Under the pieces are notes generated by a model. It did no database searches, was not told the DNA's origin, and saw only the letters and a list, made by a program, of their open reading frames with translations. DNA of 62,273 nt, the filler included, from Circinaria calcarea (Eukaryota): assembly GCA_051942165.1 (NCBI GenBank). It is 5 parts of 5 records of this genome, joined end to end, with 100 filler letters (N's around TTAATTAATTAA, not from the genome) between each part and the next. Parts side by side here need not be neighbours in the genome. Positions count along the whole stretch, not along the records: positions 24,983 to 37,355 come from JAVECS010000573.1; 4 more parts are not named here. One strand, 5' to 3'. Of this stretch, positions 26,526 through 37,455 are shown in pieces. The position numbers and the translations under genes are program-made. Position 1 is the first letter of the stretch. Every line of letters starts with the position of its first letter.

Positions 26526-27510
26526 TCAAGGCATAATCACCGTCAACGTCCTCATGCCTGCATTTCCCTTCGCCATAGTAAACGCCTGATTCCACTCCTC
26601 CAGCCCAAAGCTACCCACTACCTTCGTCACCGCCCCCTCACCCAGCCTTAGCACCCCCACTTCGATCATCCTGATAAGCCCTTTGATATCTTCCCGCTCG
26701 CACATAAATTTGTCCCTCGGTTGAAGATTCTAGGGCATGACTCTGAAATACGGAATGGCTACATCTTCGTGAATCCCACCCATGAGACTCACACGACCGC
26801 CGTGGCGTAAAGTGAAGATGCCGCTTTGGAAATGCGTCGCGACGAGAAGGCGTCGACGGGACCGAATTGCTATAAAGCTGCGGCGTCGGCTTGCACATTA
26901 CCTGTCGTGACTACAATTTCCACGCGGCCCCTGCTCGCAGCGATGGCTTTCAAGGTCTCGAGATTACGGCCCATGGCGATGACTCGTGCTCCCATGGCAA
27001 GGGCGACCAGCACCGCCGCTCCCCCGAACTTCCTGGTGGCCGGCGCAATGACTATGGTCTCGCCAGCCTTCAGGTAGATCTATCCCAGCCCACCGAAGGA
27101 TACCAATAGTGAAGATATGAAGGCGAGGTCTTCAACCTTGTACCCCAGGGCCATCTTCTACCTTCCTTAGCAAGCGCCCCTCGTCGAGCACATGGCAGTT
27201 CTCCAGCAATACTTTGGCATACTCGGCAAAGGTCGAATCTCTCCATTTCACCCTGCATCAGTTTCCGACTCCTTTCGGTGAAGCCTTAATGGATTCCGGA
27301 GAGAAAACTCGCGTCAGAGTCGTCGCGTCCGCGAATAGTATAGTCAACATAGACGAGTTGGTCAGGCTTCAGAAAGGGGGCATCGAACCCTGCAGCGGCG
27401 ATGCGGCCGATTGCACTGGTACCGAAACGAGAGAGGCGTACTCCAGGGTGCCGTTATAGATGTCAGGCATGTAGGGTATGATATCAATAACCAAAACGCG
27501 GGCTATACTA
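26526..27510 (-). pseudogene. MDR / zinc-binding alcohol dehydrogenase-like pseudogene
   Basis: Fragments RVLVIDIIPYMPDIYNG, WRDSTFAEYAKVLLENCHVLDE, LKAGETIVIAPATRKFGGAAVLVALAMGARVIAMGRN, AAAL*QFGPVDAF, EDIKGLIRMIEVG..GSFGLEEWNQAF..TVIMP*. Internal stops and frameshifts; N-terminus missing. Confidence 0.8.
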
Positions 27511-27654
27511 TAGTACTCCCTGAAGTTGACTTGACTCATGAAGTTCAATAAACGAAAACCTGCCGTGGAGAAAGTCAATAGCATAAGAAAATTTATTTTT
27601 ATAATAGCTGTTAAATTTAATATCCAGTATACTCCCGGTTTTATACTGCTATTC

Positions 27655-27910
27655 GATATAGCAAAGGGTGGCTTCTCCCACAGCGTGTTAGTCTTTCTTA
27701 CTTTCCCTGCTTGCTCTCCGGGCACCAGTTCCAGCCGGGCTAAAGTCACCCGCATCTCATCGTGCCCCGGACTCATGCCCACGCCGGCCGATGCGAAACG
27801 GTTACAAGGCACCCACGGCAGTCGTGGTGTGTAGACCGGGGAGACACGCCGGGTCTTGGTTGGATAAGGGCAGCCAGTGCTCCGGGATGAGCGCGTTGGG
27901 CCGGTGGAGG
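27655..27910 (-). pseudogene. C-terminal fragment of a cytochrome P450
   Basis: HRPNALIPEHWL (PERW-like), AL*PFRIGRR, then shifted frame HDEMRVTLARL..ELVP..TNTLWEKPP, a typical fungal P450 tail. Heme Cys not preserved. Confidence 0.65.
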
Positions 27911-28080
27911 CTGGCAGTTGCTCACTTAACAATATCTACAGGGAAATTTCCTTGCATCTTTATATATTCAGCCTACGATGAACACGGACCCTGAAGACTG
28001 GTATGCGCTTCAGTGGACTCGCATAAGGTTGAATTTATGGTTCCACATAGCATACGGTATAAGTCGCGTACATGAAAGTT

Positions 28081-28888
28081 CTAGGGATTAATCTGTGTAT
28101 CCTGATATATCTGCCTGATCAAATCCGCGAAATGCAAGATCTCCGACTTCACCCATGGCATTGCGTGATGGTACTCAATCTCGTACAGTGTGGTAGCTTT
28201 CTGGTCATAATAGGTTGCCAGTTGCTGCCTGCCTCTTTCCAGATTCTCATCTTTCAGCCCATGAAGATGCAGGGTAGGTATAGTGATGCGATCAACATTA
28301 GACTTGGGCCCTATTGCAGACCCATCCGCGTATCTGTCATGATTGGTCGCTACGAAGAAAGTCAGTGCTATAGTCGGTGAACAGCGTCATGAGCAGACGC
28401 AAGTTGGACATACCACGAGAGATTTCGGATACCATGGGTGCGGCCCCACCCATGCAAAGCACGCCGAACTTGAGGTTGATGTCTCTCGGATTCCCTGCCT
28501 CAGCCCGTTGTTGCTGATCAAGCAGCAAACCGCCAACAATCCTCGTACCCTGACTGAATCCCATGGCGCCTACCCACTCTTCTGCCCGACCTTCCGCCTC
28601 CATTAGCTTCAACACCCGCTCCACGCCATCGCTACCAGCCCGATTATACCCGCTCCCATCACTAAGCTCTACCCCGTCTGGCCCGTTCGTGAACCAAGTT
28701 TTGAAAGGTGCGCAATCGTGGAAGTACGGCAAGACCCCTGGGCCTGCGCTTCGCTCAAATGGCGCGTCGAAGTAGACGAATTGGAAGTCGTCCTTGAGGA
28801 CTTCCTGCAAGCGGACGCATTGAAAGGCGTAGATTTCGCCGTTGGACCCGCCACCGTGGAAGCAGGCGATGCGAGGGAGCCGGCCCAT
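28081..28888 (-). CDS. FSH1/LovG/CitA-type serine hydrolase (esterase)
   Basis: IACFHGGGSN, FVYFDAPF..GPGVLPYF, nucleophile GFSQG, IPTLHLHGLKD, YHHAMPW. One intron ~28369-28413; appears intact. Confidence 0.9.
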
Positions 28889-29689
28889 GGTTCTCAGGGT
28901 AATCGGGTTAGGTAGTCCCGTTCATTGCTTTTGGATAGCAATTAGTTTACTGGCATGTCCGTCGTCTTCCAATATGGTAGCAGTCAGCTTCTGCACAGGG
29001 CAATACAATCCGACTGTGATCTATAAAAGCGCTGAATTCTTTTGAATATCGACAAGTTTTGGTTTCTCTATGAGCTCATCATCAGGTTGAAAGTTGAGAT
29101 TAAGATTGGTGATAGACACCATTGCTGCTGACGTTGGATAATTCGGCTCGTCGGTTACCGAAATGTCGTTCCGGCGAGCCGTGGCCGTCGGAATACCGTT
29201 GGTTGCAAACCACTGGTATGGAGTAATTGGCGCTTTTTCAGCCTCTCCTTTTTCTTGGCGATCTCCGCAAGGGTTAAGCGAATGCGCTAGTAGTAGCTTG
29301 CCAGTAAATAAACGCTCTCTTTGCTTACACGTATCTCAATTTATCGTAGGGAACTTCAAATGTTGTTTTCGCTTAAGCAATACTCACGTAAATGCTGCTT
29401 AGGCCCACGGACATTGCTGTGTTTCTATTACACTTTGGATTCTGCTTTTCCGTATAGATTTTAGTGATGATTCGCGCAGTCTGGATCTCATTGGCTATAA
29501 GCCGGGTGTGTAATACGCCACATAAGAGGAGTATGCAAGTATCCAGGCGTGTCACACACAAATTTGCATCCAAAACCCTTTAGATAATCGATCTACATTC
29601 AAGATCGCGCTGAGCCATGCTTGCTCACGCGGTGATTCGGGGTTTTCTAAGTTTTATGAGTCATATCTTTCTCATGCTCTCGGATCTCA

Positions 29690-30175
29690 TCGTTGCTGCC
29701 TTCTATTATGCCAAGAAATTTAACAGTAAATTCCCAGCAAAATAACACCAATCGGGGATGGGCTCCTCAAACAAGCGGCCGAGGAAATCTCGACATCATC
29801 TACTCCTGTTCTCTCACGGTTTTTCTGTGTCGCTGGTCTCTAGTTTACCCCAATATTCCAGCGATAATAGATAGCTCTTGGGATTAGTTTCGTGAAAAGC
29901 TCCATTTAGCTTGTCTTGCGATCCTCGAACCGGACTTTCTCTTTGCTCTAGAGTTTGGGCAGTGGGATTCTGCGCGGCGCTTGGTCAAGGTAACTCGCGA
30001 TTATGCAGCTCATGCTATGCGGGCTAACGCATTCTCCTAGGCATTCCAAACAGCAAGACACTCTGACTGGACCATGGCCCACGTATTTTTTGCAGACATG
30101 GGAGGCTTCATACTGCAATCGCCAGATTCCCCACAATTTCCAGTTGACGGGAAGCAACTATATATACTGCTTCCA
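29690..30175 (+). pseudogene. Remnant of a fungal multi-TM hypothetical family (GW..RGTxDIlwSC type)
   Basis: RGWAPQTSGRGNLDIIYSCSLTVFLC..PNIPA..WD*FREK..AILEPDF..GQWDSAR, intron, then WTMAHVFFADMGGF..FPVDGKQLYIL. In-frame TAG at 29885-29887; 3' part absent. Confidence 0.7.
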
Positions 30176-30744
30176 AGCTGGACAGCTGCAAAGCTTCCTT
30201 TGGTGGGCCAGGGTGAGACAATATCAACGTCACAAAACAAACTAAGCTGGTCTGGCATTCGTGCTAGTAAATTCACGGCCAAGCTGCGGAGTAACTCTCT
30301 GGATGGCGACCCGGCTCTGGAGGTACCCCTTAGGATGCTGATTCCTGTCATGATACTCTGTTTTATACTGTATTTCGAGGGCCTGTATCCTTATAGAGGA
30401 TGCAATTTGTCTACAGAGTTTACCTTCGAGCGCGTTCAAAACAGTGAATTGGTCACAGTACTAACTATATTTTTAATATCACGTTATTTACTCGTTTTCT
30501 ACTTTCATACGCTTTCCCGTCCTCTCTCTGTTGGCGTTTATGAGTAGAAGCTAAATATATATCTTAAGTTGTGATTCCTGCAGACCGATTTAGGCGTTGG
30601 TGAAGGGGCTTCCACATCGCCTGTGGAGCAGAACTAAGGTAGCTTGATCAGTGTAAAAGATTATTTTGCATAGTTCGTATTCAATAAAATGCGCTAAATT
30701 GCGGACAATTTCCCCCTAAATCTAAAATATATATCCATTATTCC

Positions 30745-30830
30745 TAGACTGTGGACTACAAGTGTACACTATTGGTGTGGACTCCTGTCCAGCAGTCCAG
30801 TCCAGTCCGGACTGCCGGACTACTGGCAGC
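30745..30830. repeat. Cluster of GGACT/AGTCC motifs around a perfect palindrome
   Basis: About seven GGACT/AGTCC copies within ~80 bp, including (CAGTC)3 and palindrome CAGTCCGGACTG at 30803-30814. Confidence 0.6.
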
Positions 30831-31241
30831 GCTGCTTTGCGCAGCAGCAGCGTCACCGTGTAGCGACTTACGGTGCTTGTATTCTTGAAGGAGTGATGTT
30901 CCCGTTCACTCGAAGAGTACAAAAGTCAACGGTTTAGAATTGGGCATTAGATTCTACCGTCTGTTCGTGCTGGATTGGTGGAGAATGAGCACACTTGTAG
31001 GACTAAATTGAAATGAGGTTTGAGAGCAGGCACTGTTACTTCCTAACAGTTCCGGATGGACCAATCCTTTTCCCTAGAACAGCGTTGCAGCGGTCCATAT
31101 TCAGTGTGGCCTAGAAGGCAATCAATTATCCCAACGGCCACCATGGCTACCATTCTTGGTCCTTCCAATATGAGGTCATTCAACAACCCAATTCCAACCA
31201 CGCTTGCGAGAGAATGCTAAAAGCGCAAGCTGCATACCTGT

Positions 31242-31917
31242 TCATAAACTGATAAACGGGCTGAGCGAACCGTTTCCTTCTACCAGAAAGCCCTGGCTAG
31301 AACTAGTCCACACAAATAAATTCTCTCCATGATTGTCAGGCCACCTTCCCTGCCAACTGTTATCCTTGACCGCATGTACACTCGACGTGGCTGCCACGGA
31401 TTTCTCGTTCACTACAGGATATTCTGGACTCCCACTCGGTATCGAAGGTGCTGTTAACGGTACTAGAATTTCGGCGCTTGCACTCGATAGGGACATATCC
31501 TTTGATGACTCTGGAGCTAGGCTAGCGCTTGGTGTCGATGCGGCAGGTCCGAGCGTCTTCCCCGATGCCAGCGGCTGCGCGGATACATCAGGTTCGGCAC
31601 TCGAGAGCGGTTTGAGGTTTTTGAAATTCGGATGGCCCCTTCGAGGCCGGTACACACAGATCAGACACTTGTCTATACAGGTCTGGCACTTTGGCCTTCC
31701 GCTGTTACACGGCCGATGACAGAGGGCACCTAAGAAGCAAGTTAGGAAGCTGTGGAGCTGAAAGGAGGGGTACTGAGAGTATCATCTCACATTCTAAGCA
31801 TGTCAGATTGTGAGTACTGCCCTTGTTCACGCGACGGGTGTGTGTGCGACCTGACGCTCCATTAGTATTTCTCCAGTACCGCGTAATGGTGTTGTGTACG
31901 CTTGTAGACTTTGCCAT
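31242..31917 (-). CDS. Zn(II)2Cys6 transcription factor (short, ~204 aa as read; may be truncated)
   Basis: Removing intron 31730-31790 (GTGAGA..CCTAAC..TTAG) gives CLECALCHRPCNSGRPKCQTCIDKCLICVY = C-x2-C-x6-C-x6-C-x2-C-x6-C, in frame with ORF 31242-31655. Confidence 0.78.
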
Positions 31918-33376
31918 TTTTCACCCAAGACGCCGTGGGGATCCCTTGAGACGATTGTAATCAGCTTCTGAATTTTAGTGCATCTAGTCACATACCTTTT
32001 ATGGGAGTTGGAGGGATGCTGCTATCACCGCTAGAACCATCAGTGGGAGCGGCTCGTAAAGCCTTGTGTTTGGTCGACATAGTTCTTCTCTGCCGATAAC
32101 AGGAATGATTGACCAGTGCCGTCGAGATAATCTATCTGGAAATGAGAAGAACCAGTAGTTTATCTTCCTTAATGAACTAGAGTGTTCCTTTACCATGTCA
32201 TGCACACTTTCAACAATAGATAAAACGGATCAGAACAATCGGGTCTGATTTGGAGGAAACATGGAGCTGCAGATAACACAATCTTTGAGCCGAAATTGGC
32301 CCACCGTTTTGAGTCGATATAGGAACACAGCCAGCTGAGCTCGCTTACCTTGAAGTCCTACGTTGCTTTGATAGCATAATTTCATTCTCCTAGCCATTAG
32401 CGAGAACTACCATAGTTAAAAACCGAGTAATTAAAAAATCAGCCACTACTACTAGGTTGGTGGTCAGTTGTGCATTTTCTGTTTGGCCCAGCCGCTTCCC
32501 AGTTCTACTGACGCTCCAGCGGATAGCTTCGGAGTCTCTTACCAATGTGATTGCTGGCAATAGGATCCATGATACAAAATAGGTCTTTTCAGCCTTTATT
32601 TACCTAGCATCCCCTCTCTTGCTCTCAATGCGGCCGACCCCAATTGACATGGTTAGAACGGCATTGCTCCCCTAGTGTTCGTCATGGACGGTGAAGAAGC
32701 GACGGTCAAGGTCAATCTCCCCAGCACGGCTTTTCGCCAGTACCAGCCTCCCTAGTTGTTCTATCTACGAAGGTTAAAATTGAGGGGAGGGAATTGACGG
32801 CGCGGTTACTCGTCTTGTAGATTAGGAATTATCAATACGCCTTTTTGAATTAATACAAAGAAGACACCGTCCACACGCTTAGAAGATGAATGTTCGGTCG
32901 CAGTGTATGCAGGATCTTATTGGCGCCTATCTCAGAGTCGGCTGTCGACGCGCTTAATTCGCAAGCTACTCTGGTAGCTTTCGAGAGCTTGAAATGATTG
33001 ACTGCACCTCTCTTGGCGGACCGACGAAAGAGATCGTTTTATGATGGCCTAACATGATCCTCTTCCGGTTCTTGCAAGCATGAACCAGCGGCCCTTCCCA
33101 CGGCGTAAACACGGCCAAACCTATCTCCAAAAGCAAGGTACAAGGCATTCTCGGGAGGCGAAGATCCATGCTCGACCCAAGTCCAAGTAGTGAGCCAGCG
33201 GGAAAGGACAACACTGCCGGCTGAACTTCTCCATTGATAGTGGGACCCCACCTACCAACGCCCTACTTTGAAGGAGGTTCGACGGCCAGCTTATAGGCGA
33301 ATTGCAATTCGCTGTTCGCTCTCTCACGCACCACCCGCTCAAAGGGTGTAAGAAATGGATCTCACTCCTCTAGTCG

Positions 33377-35110
33377 ATGCTATGCGACAATCTATCATGT
33401 TCTGGGTATGCTTTTAGTCCTATCAACCTCCATCCTCCTGGTGAGGCTGTGTCTTGTGCGAAGCGGAACCCTACATTTGCAGAGACAAGGCCTGGTAAGT
33501 TCTGTAAATCCCGCTGATCCTATTTCGAGAATCATTTCTAATGAGTTCTGCTAGTTAGGGCTAGGCAATGCTACTACTTCATCCCATCTTTGGCTAGCTT
33601 CTGTTTTGCTGCCGCGTCGTGTCCAAGCTCCCGAAGATGCGCACCCCAATTATCTTCCAAATCAAATCAGGCCCGCTCTGCCTAAGCTAGGACATACTTT
33701 CTATCTTGACACCTGGCCTTTCCTTACATTGACACTTGTGGTGGCTTCTCCTTCGACTATATACCAGATCACCCAAGGGCATACGCTTCCGAAGCTTCCA
33801 GCTATACGCAGCTTCCAGCTATACGCAGCTTCCTACCTCTATTAACGAATGGAATAGACATAGTCTCAATGGATGGCCGAGAATGGAAAGTTGGAGGTAT
33901 ATTTTCAATCCCCTGACAGCGTCAGTCATCTCATGACTCTTATTCCCAATATAGTTAAGGAAACAAAGGTGTTTCGAAAAACTCTCCGCGAGCATGTTCG
34001 GAAGTAAGATGTCTTTATAATGGAGTCGTTAACGGATATTTTAATAATCGATATCATCGACAGAGTTGTCTTGTATAGTTTGTAAGATTATTGGTAGCCG
34101 GATTACTCATTTATTCAATAGGGACACAACCTAGATTTGCAAGAAGGCATAAACTCCAGGGTAGAAGCTCTTCGACGACGGATTCGCTGGTTGACGTTCG
34201 GAAGCGAGGGCCTTCCACTTCAGAGGTACAACACACTACGACCACTTATTCACGCATACAACACCTACCAAATGGACAATTACCTCTCGCCGAAGTTACA
34301 TTCACGCCTTGCAAATTATCAACAGGATAAATTGGTTAAAGATATAAAGTGTAGCAAAAATAGGATTAACCTCTGCCTAAATGCTTACACCGCAGGAAAA
34401 GCTGAAGACGGAGCGATTCAAGGCGTAGATAATGCCTTCCAGCAGGCAATAATAAGTTAAATCAAGCTTTTTCTTTCTCCAGGCATGATACAACCAGTAG
34501 CTCTATCTACTACGTCTTCTATCTTCTTTCAATCCACAGTGCGACTCCAAAACATGTCCGTGCCAAACATAAGCAAGTTTTGGGCTCTGATCCCAAGCGA
34601 GTCGCGTCGCTATTGATCGAGAATCCTTATCTAGTTAACAAACTTCCATACACAATGGCAGTGATCAAAGAGAGCACACTATTGTTCCCTGCTGCACTAA
34701 CTACACGGTCTGGCGAGCCTGGTTTCTATATAACCGACTCCAATGGCCGCCAGTATCCGACAGAAGGTTGTTCCCTATACCTGATCTCTCAGGCTGTTCA
34801 GCGTGATCCTGTTTATTGGCCGCAGCCCGACGTGTTTTTCCCCGAGCGCTGGCTGGCATCCTGTAAAGGGCGCATGACGGCTATTCGAGCATGGAGCAAC
34901 TAGCTGCACCGGTTTAGAATTAGCCATGTTGGAAATGCAGCTGGTCATGGTTCTCGCGTGAAGAGAATTCGACATCAGTATCTGTTACGAAGAGTTGCAC
35001 CTGCACACATCGAAGCCAGGCTGGAGAGGTGTTGACGGAGAGCGGGCATACCAAGTACGGCTTGGCAACCAAGCGGCAAGCAGCCTTGCAGAGTCGCAGA
35101 GGCAGCTATA
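33377..35110 (+). pseudogene. Cytochrome P450 pseudogene (VerA/AflN/StcS-like by eye)
   Basis: PEDAHPNYL, FYLDTWPF, I-helix GHDTTSSSI, LNKLPYTMAVIKE-like K helix with R lost, RDPVYWPQPDVFFPERWL, heme motif FEHGATSCTGLELAMLEM. Numerous stops and frameshifts. Confidence 0.88.
33792..33833 (+). repeat. 17-bp tandem duplication inside the P450 pseudogene
   Basis: agcttccagctatacgc repeated twice plus a partial third copy; length not a multiple of 3. Confidence 0.88.
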
Positions 35111-36255
35111 GGGGCGAATTATCCACCTTTTACTCAATCAATCGTTTGAACTACTCAATCTTACACGAGCTTTGAGACATTCCCGTATTTCCGGTTTTAC
35201 AGTCACGGCACAAGTTTTCACGACAATAAGCTAACATCTGATATTGAATAGGAGATTTGCTCCAAACTTCGCCTCACCTCGACAAATGAAAGAATTCGTT
35301 ATTGTAGGGCCTTGTCATCATCCTCGAATCAAGAGCTTTTACGACTTTAAGGCGTCTACGGAAGGTCTACAGGCGCTGAAGTATCGTTGCGCAACCCGTG
35401 TCCGAGTTTCGAGCCTTCGTCATCGGCGGCTACCAGTTCTGGGCTGAAAGAGACCCGTTGGTATTCGATAAGAGATACTGCAGTTTATCCGCAACTCCCC
35501 AATGTGAGACTATGGCGCCTGTATCGGGGGCAGAAAGATTGATACCAGCGCGTTCGAGATAGCCAGCTGCCTATCGGAAGGAGACTGGACTTTCATCATC
35601 GATCTACCCCCTCATCCCAGACTACAAGACTCCGGGGCTTACCGTGCTGCCGAAATTGAGAGTGCTATCGCCCCTCCCGGTATCCCTCAATCCTAATCAT
35701 CGAGCAACGTAACTATACGGTCCTGGCACCGGGCTGGCACCAAGAAGGCCCCTCCAGCCGAGCTTCAATTCCATCTACACAACCATTCCCACCATACAAC
35801 ATGCCTTGCCAACTTCACGAGTTGGGACTAGAATTTTTACATGAAAGTAGGCTACAGGCTCATGAGCTTTTAACAAGCCAGTATCCAGTTTCCACCACCG
35901 AACCTTTGATGTGACTACACGTGACTGACCCCTATCCGATTCCTGTTAGCGCTAATCGCCATCGGCCCCGTAGCCCGAGCTACCGGAAAACGAATGACGG
36001 CGGGTTACCTCATCGGGAGGACATGGGCCAGTATCTTCGTGGTAACACCGATTACGCGCGATGACTTCACTCGTTATCATGCAACTCCCGCGTGAATGCA
36101 CTCACTGACTTCCTATGCAATCGCAGTCAACACCATTATCAACAGGTCCCATGCCCTCCTTGAAGTTGTATAAGTCATCCCCTACCTCCTTGTCAGCTTG
36201 TCTGACTACGTCCTGTAACCTTCTCTTGATCCCCTGAGCTCGGGATACCGCTACA

Positions 36256-37355
36256 ATGCCCAAGAAGCGCTACCTCCCCAATGACACCTCCTCTCTTCTC
36301 CACGTCCCCTCTCCCCGCTCCCACCTCGTCCACTCGCTCACATCCATCACGGACAACTATCCCCCGCTCAACCCCTGGCCCGTCAAGTTTTCCCGCTCGC
36401 ACAGCTTCCGTGGAGCCTTCACCGGCCCAACCTCCATCGCCTACCTCTTCCTCCACCTCTCCCACACGCATCCCACCCTCCTCATCTCCACCAAAACCCC
36501 GGCAGAATGGTGCGCCGCCTATCTCTCCTGCGGACAATCTTCTATCCCTTTTGACGACTCTGGCATCGGCGTCGTGAACGAGTTTCTGGCTTACAACGCC
36601 GTGAGCGCCGCGTTCACCCAGGACGCCTCCTATGTTTCTGACATGTTGGATGCCGTCGCGACCATCGACTCGGATTACGACCCCGAGCTCAACGACGTCC
36701 TGTACGGCCGCGCCGGGACCCTCGCCCTCCTACGCGTCGTTCGCCACTTCCACCCGCCTTCCACCTTCGTTGTCAACGAGGCCATGAGACCCCTAATCAG
36801 TCACATGCTCTCCCAGATCCCCTGGACCTGGCACGGCAAACGCTACATCGGCGCCGCCCACGGGGATATCGCGAACCTCACCCAGATCATCCTGTGCGAT
36901 CCCTCCTACGCTCCCAAGCTCTCCCCGCTACTCTCCGCACTCCTCGACATGCAAGAGGACGACGGCAACTGGCACCCCCAAGCTCCTGATCCCCATTCTG
37001 TTTCGCACACGCACAACCCATCCAAGGCAAAAGGAGCTTCAGAGCTCGTCCAATTCTGCCACGGCGCCCCGGGTTTCGTCTACAGCCTCCAGGCCGTGCG
37101 GCCTTTTTTCCCATCCTTGTCCTCGCGTATCGAGTCCGCTGTCCAGAAAGCCCAATCCTGCATCTGGGTCCGCGGGCTCCTGGCCAAGGAACCCAGTCTC
37201 TGCCACGGCATCACGGGGAACGCGTTGGTGCTGCCGGAGCGGCGCCAGCGGGAGCATTTCCTCGCGCATGCAACGCCCGAGGCGATTGAGCGGGGATTGG
37301 CCGAGGGGCTGTTTATGAGAGGGGATGATCCCTGGGGGTTGTGGTGGGGTGAGGC
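36256..37355 (+). CDS. LanC-like protein (LanCL/GCR2 family), 3' truncated by contig end
   Basis: Intronless ORF with DVLYGRAG, YIGAAHG, VQFCHGAPG, SLCHGITGNAL; zinc-ligand Cys/Cys/His motifs present. Confidence 0.92.
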
Positions 37356-37455
37356 NNNNNNNNNNNNNNNNNNNNNNNNNNNNNNNNNNNNNNNNNNNNT
37401 TAATTAATTAANNNNNNNNNNNNNNNNNNNNNNNNNNNNNNNNNNNNNNNNNNNN
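37356..37455. other. Artificial contig-joining spacer
   Basis: N44-TTAATTAATTAA-N44. Confidence 0.98.
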
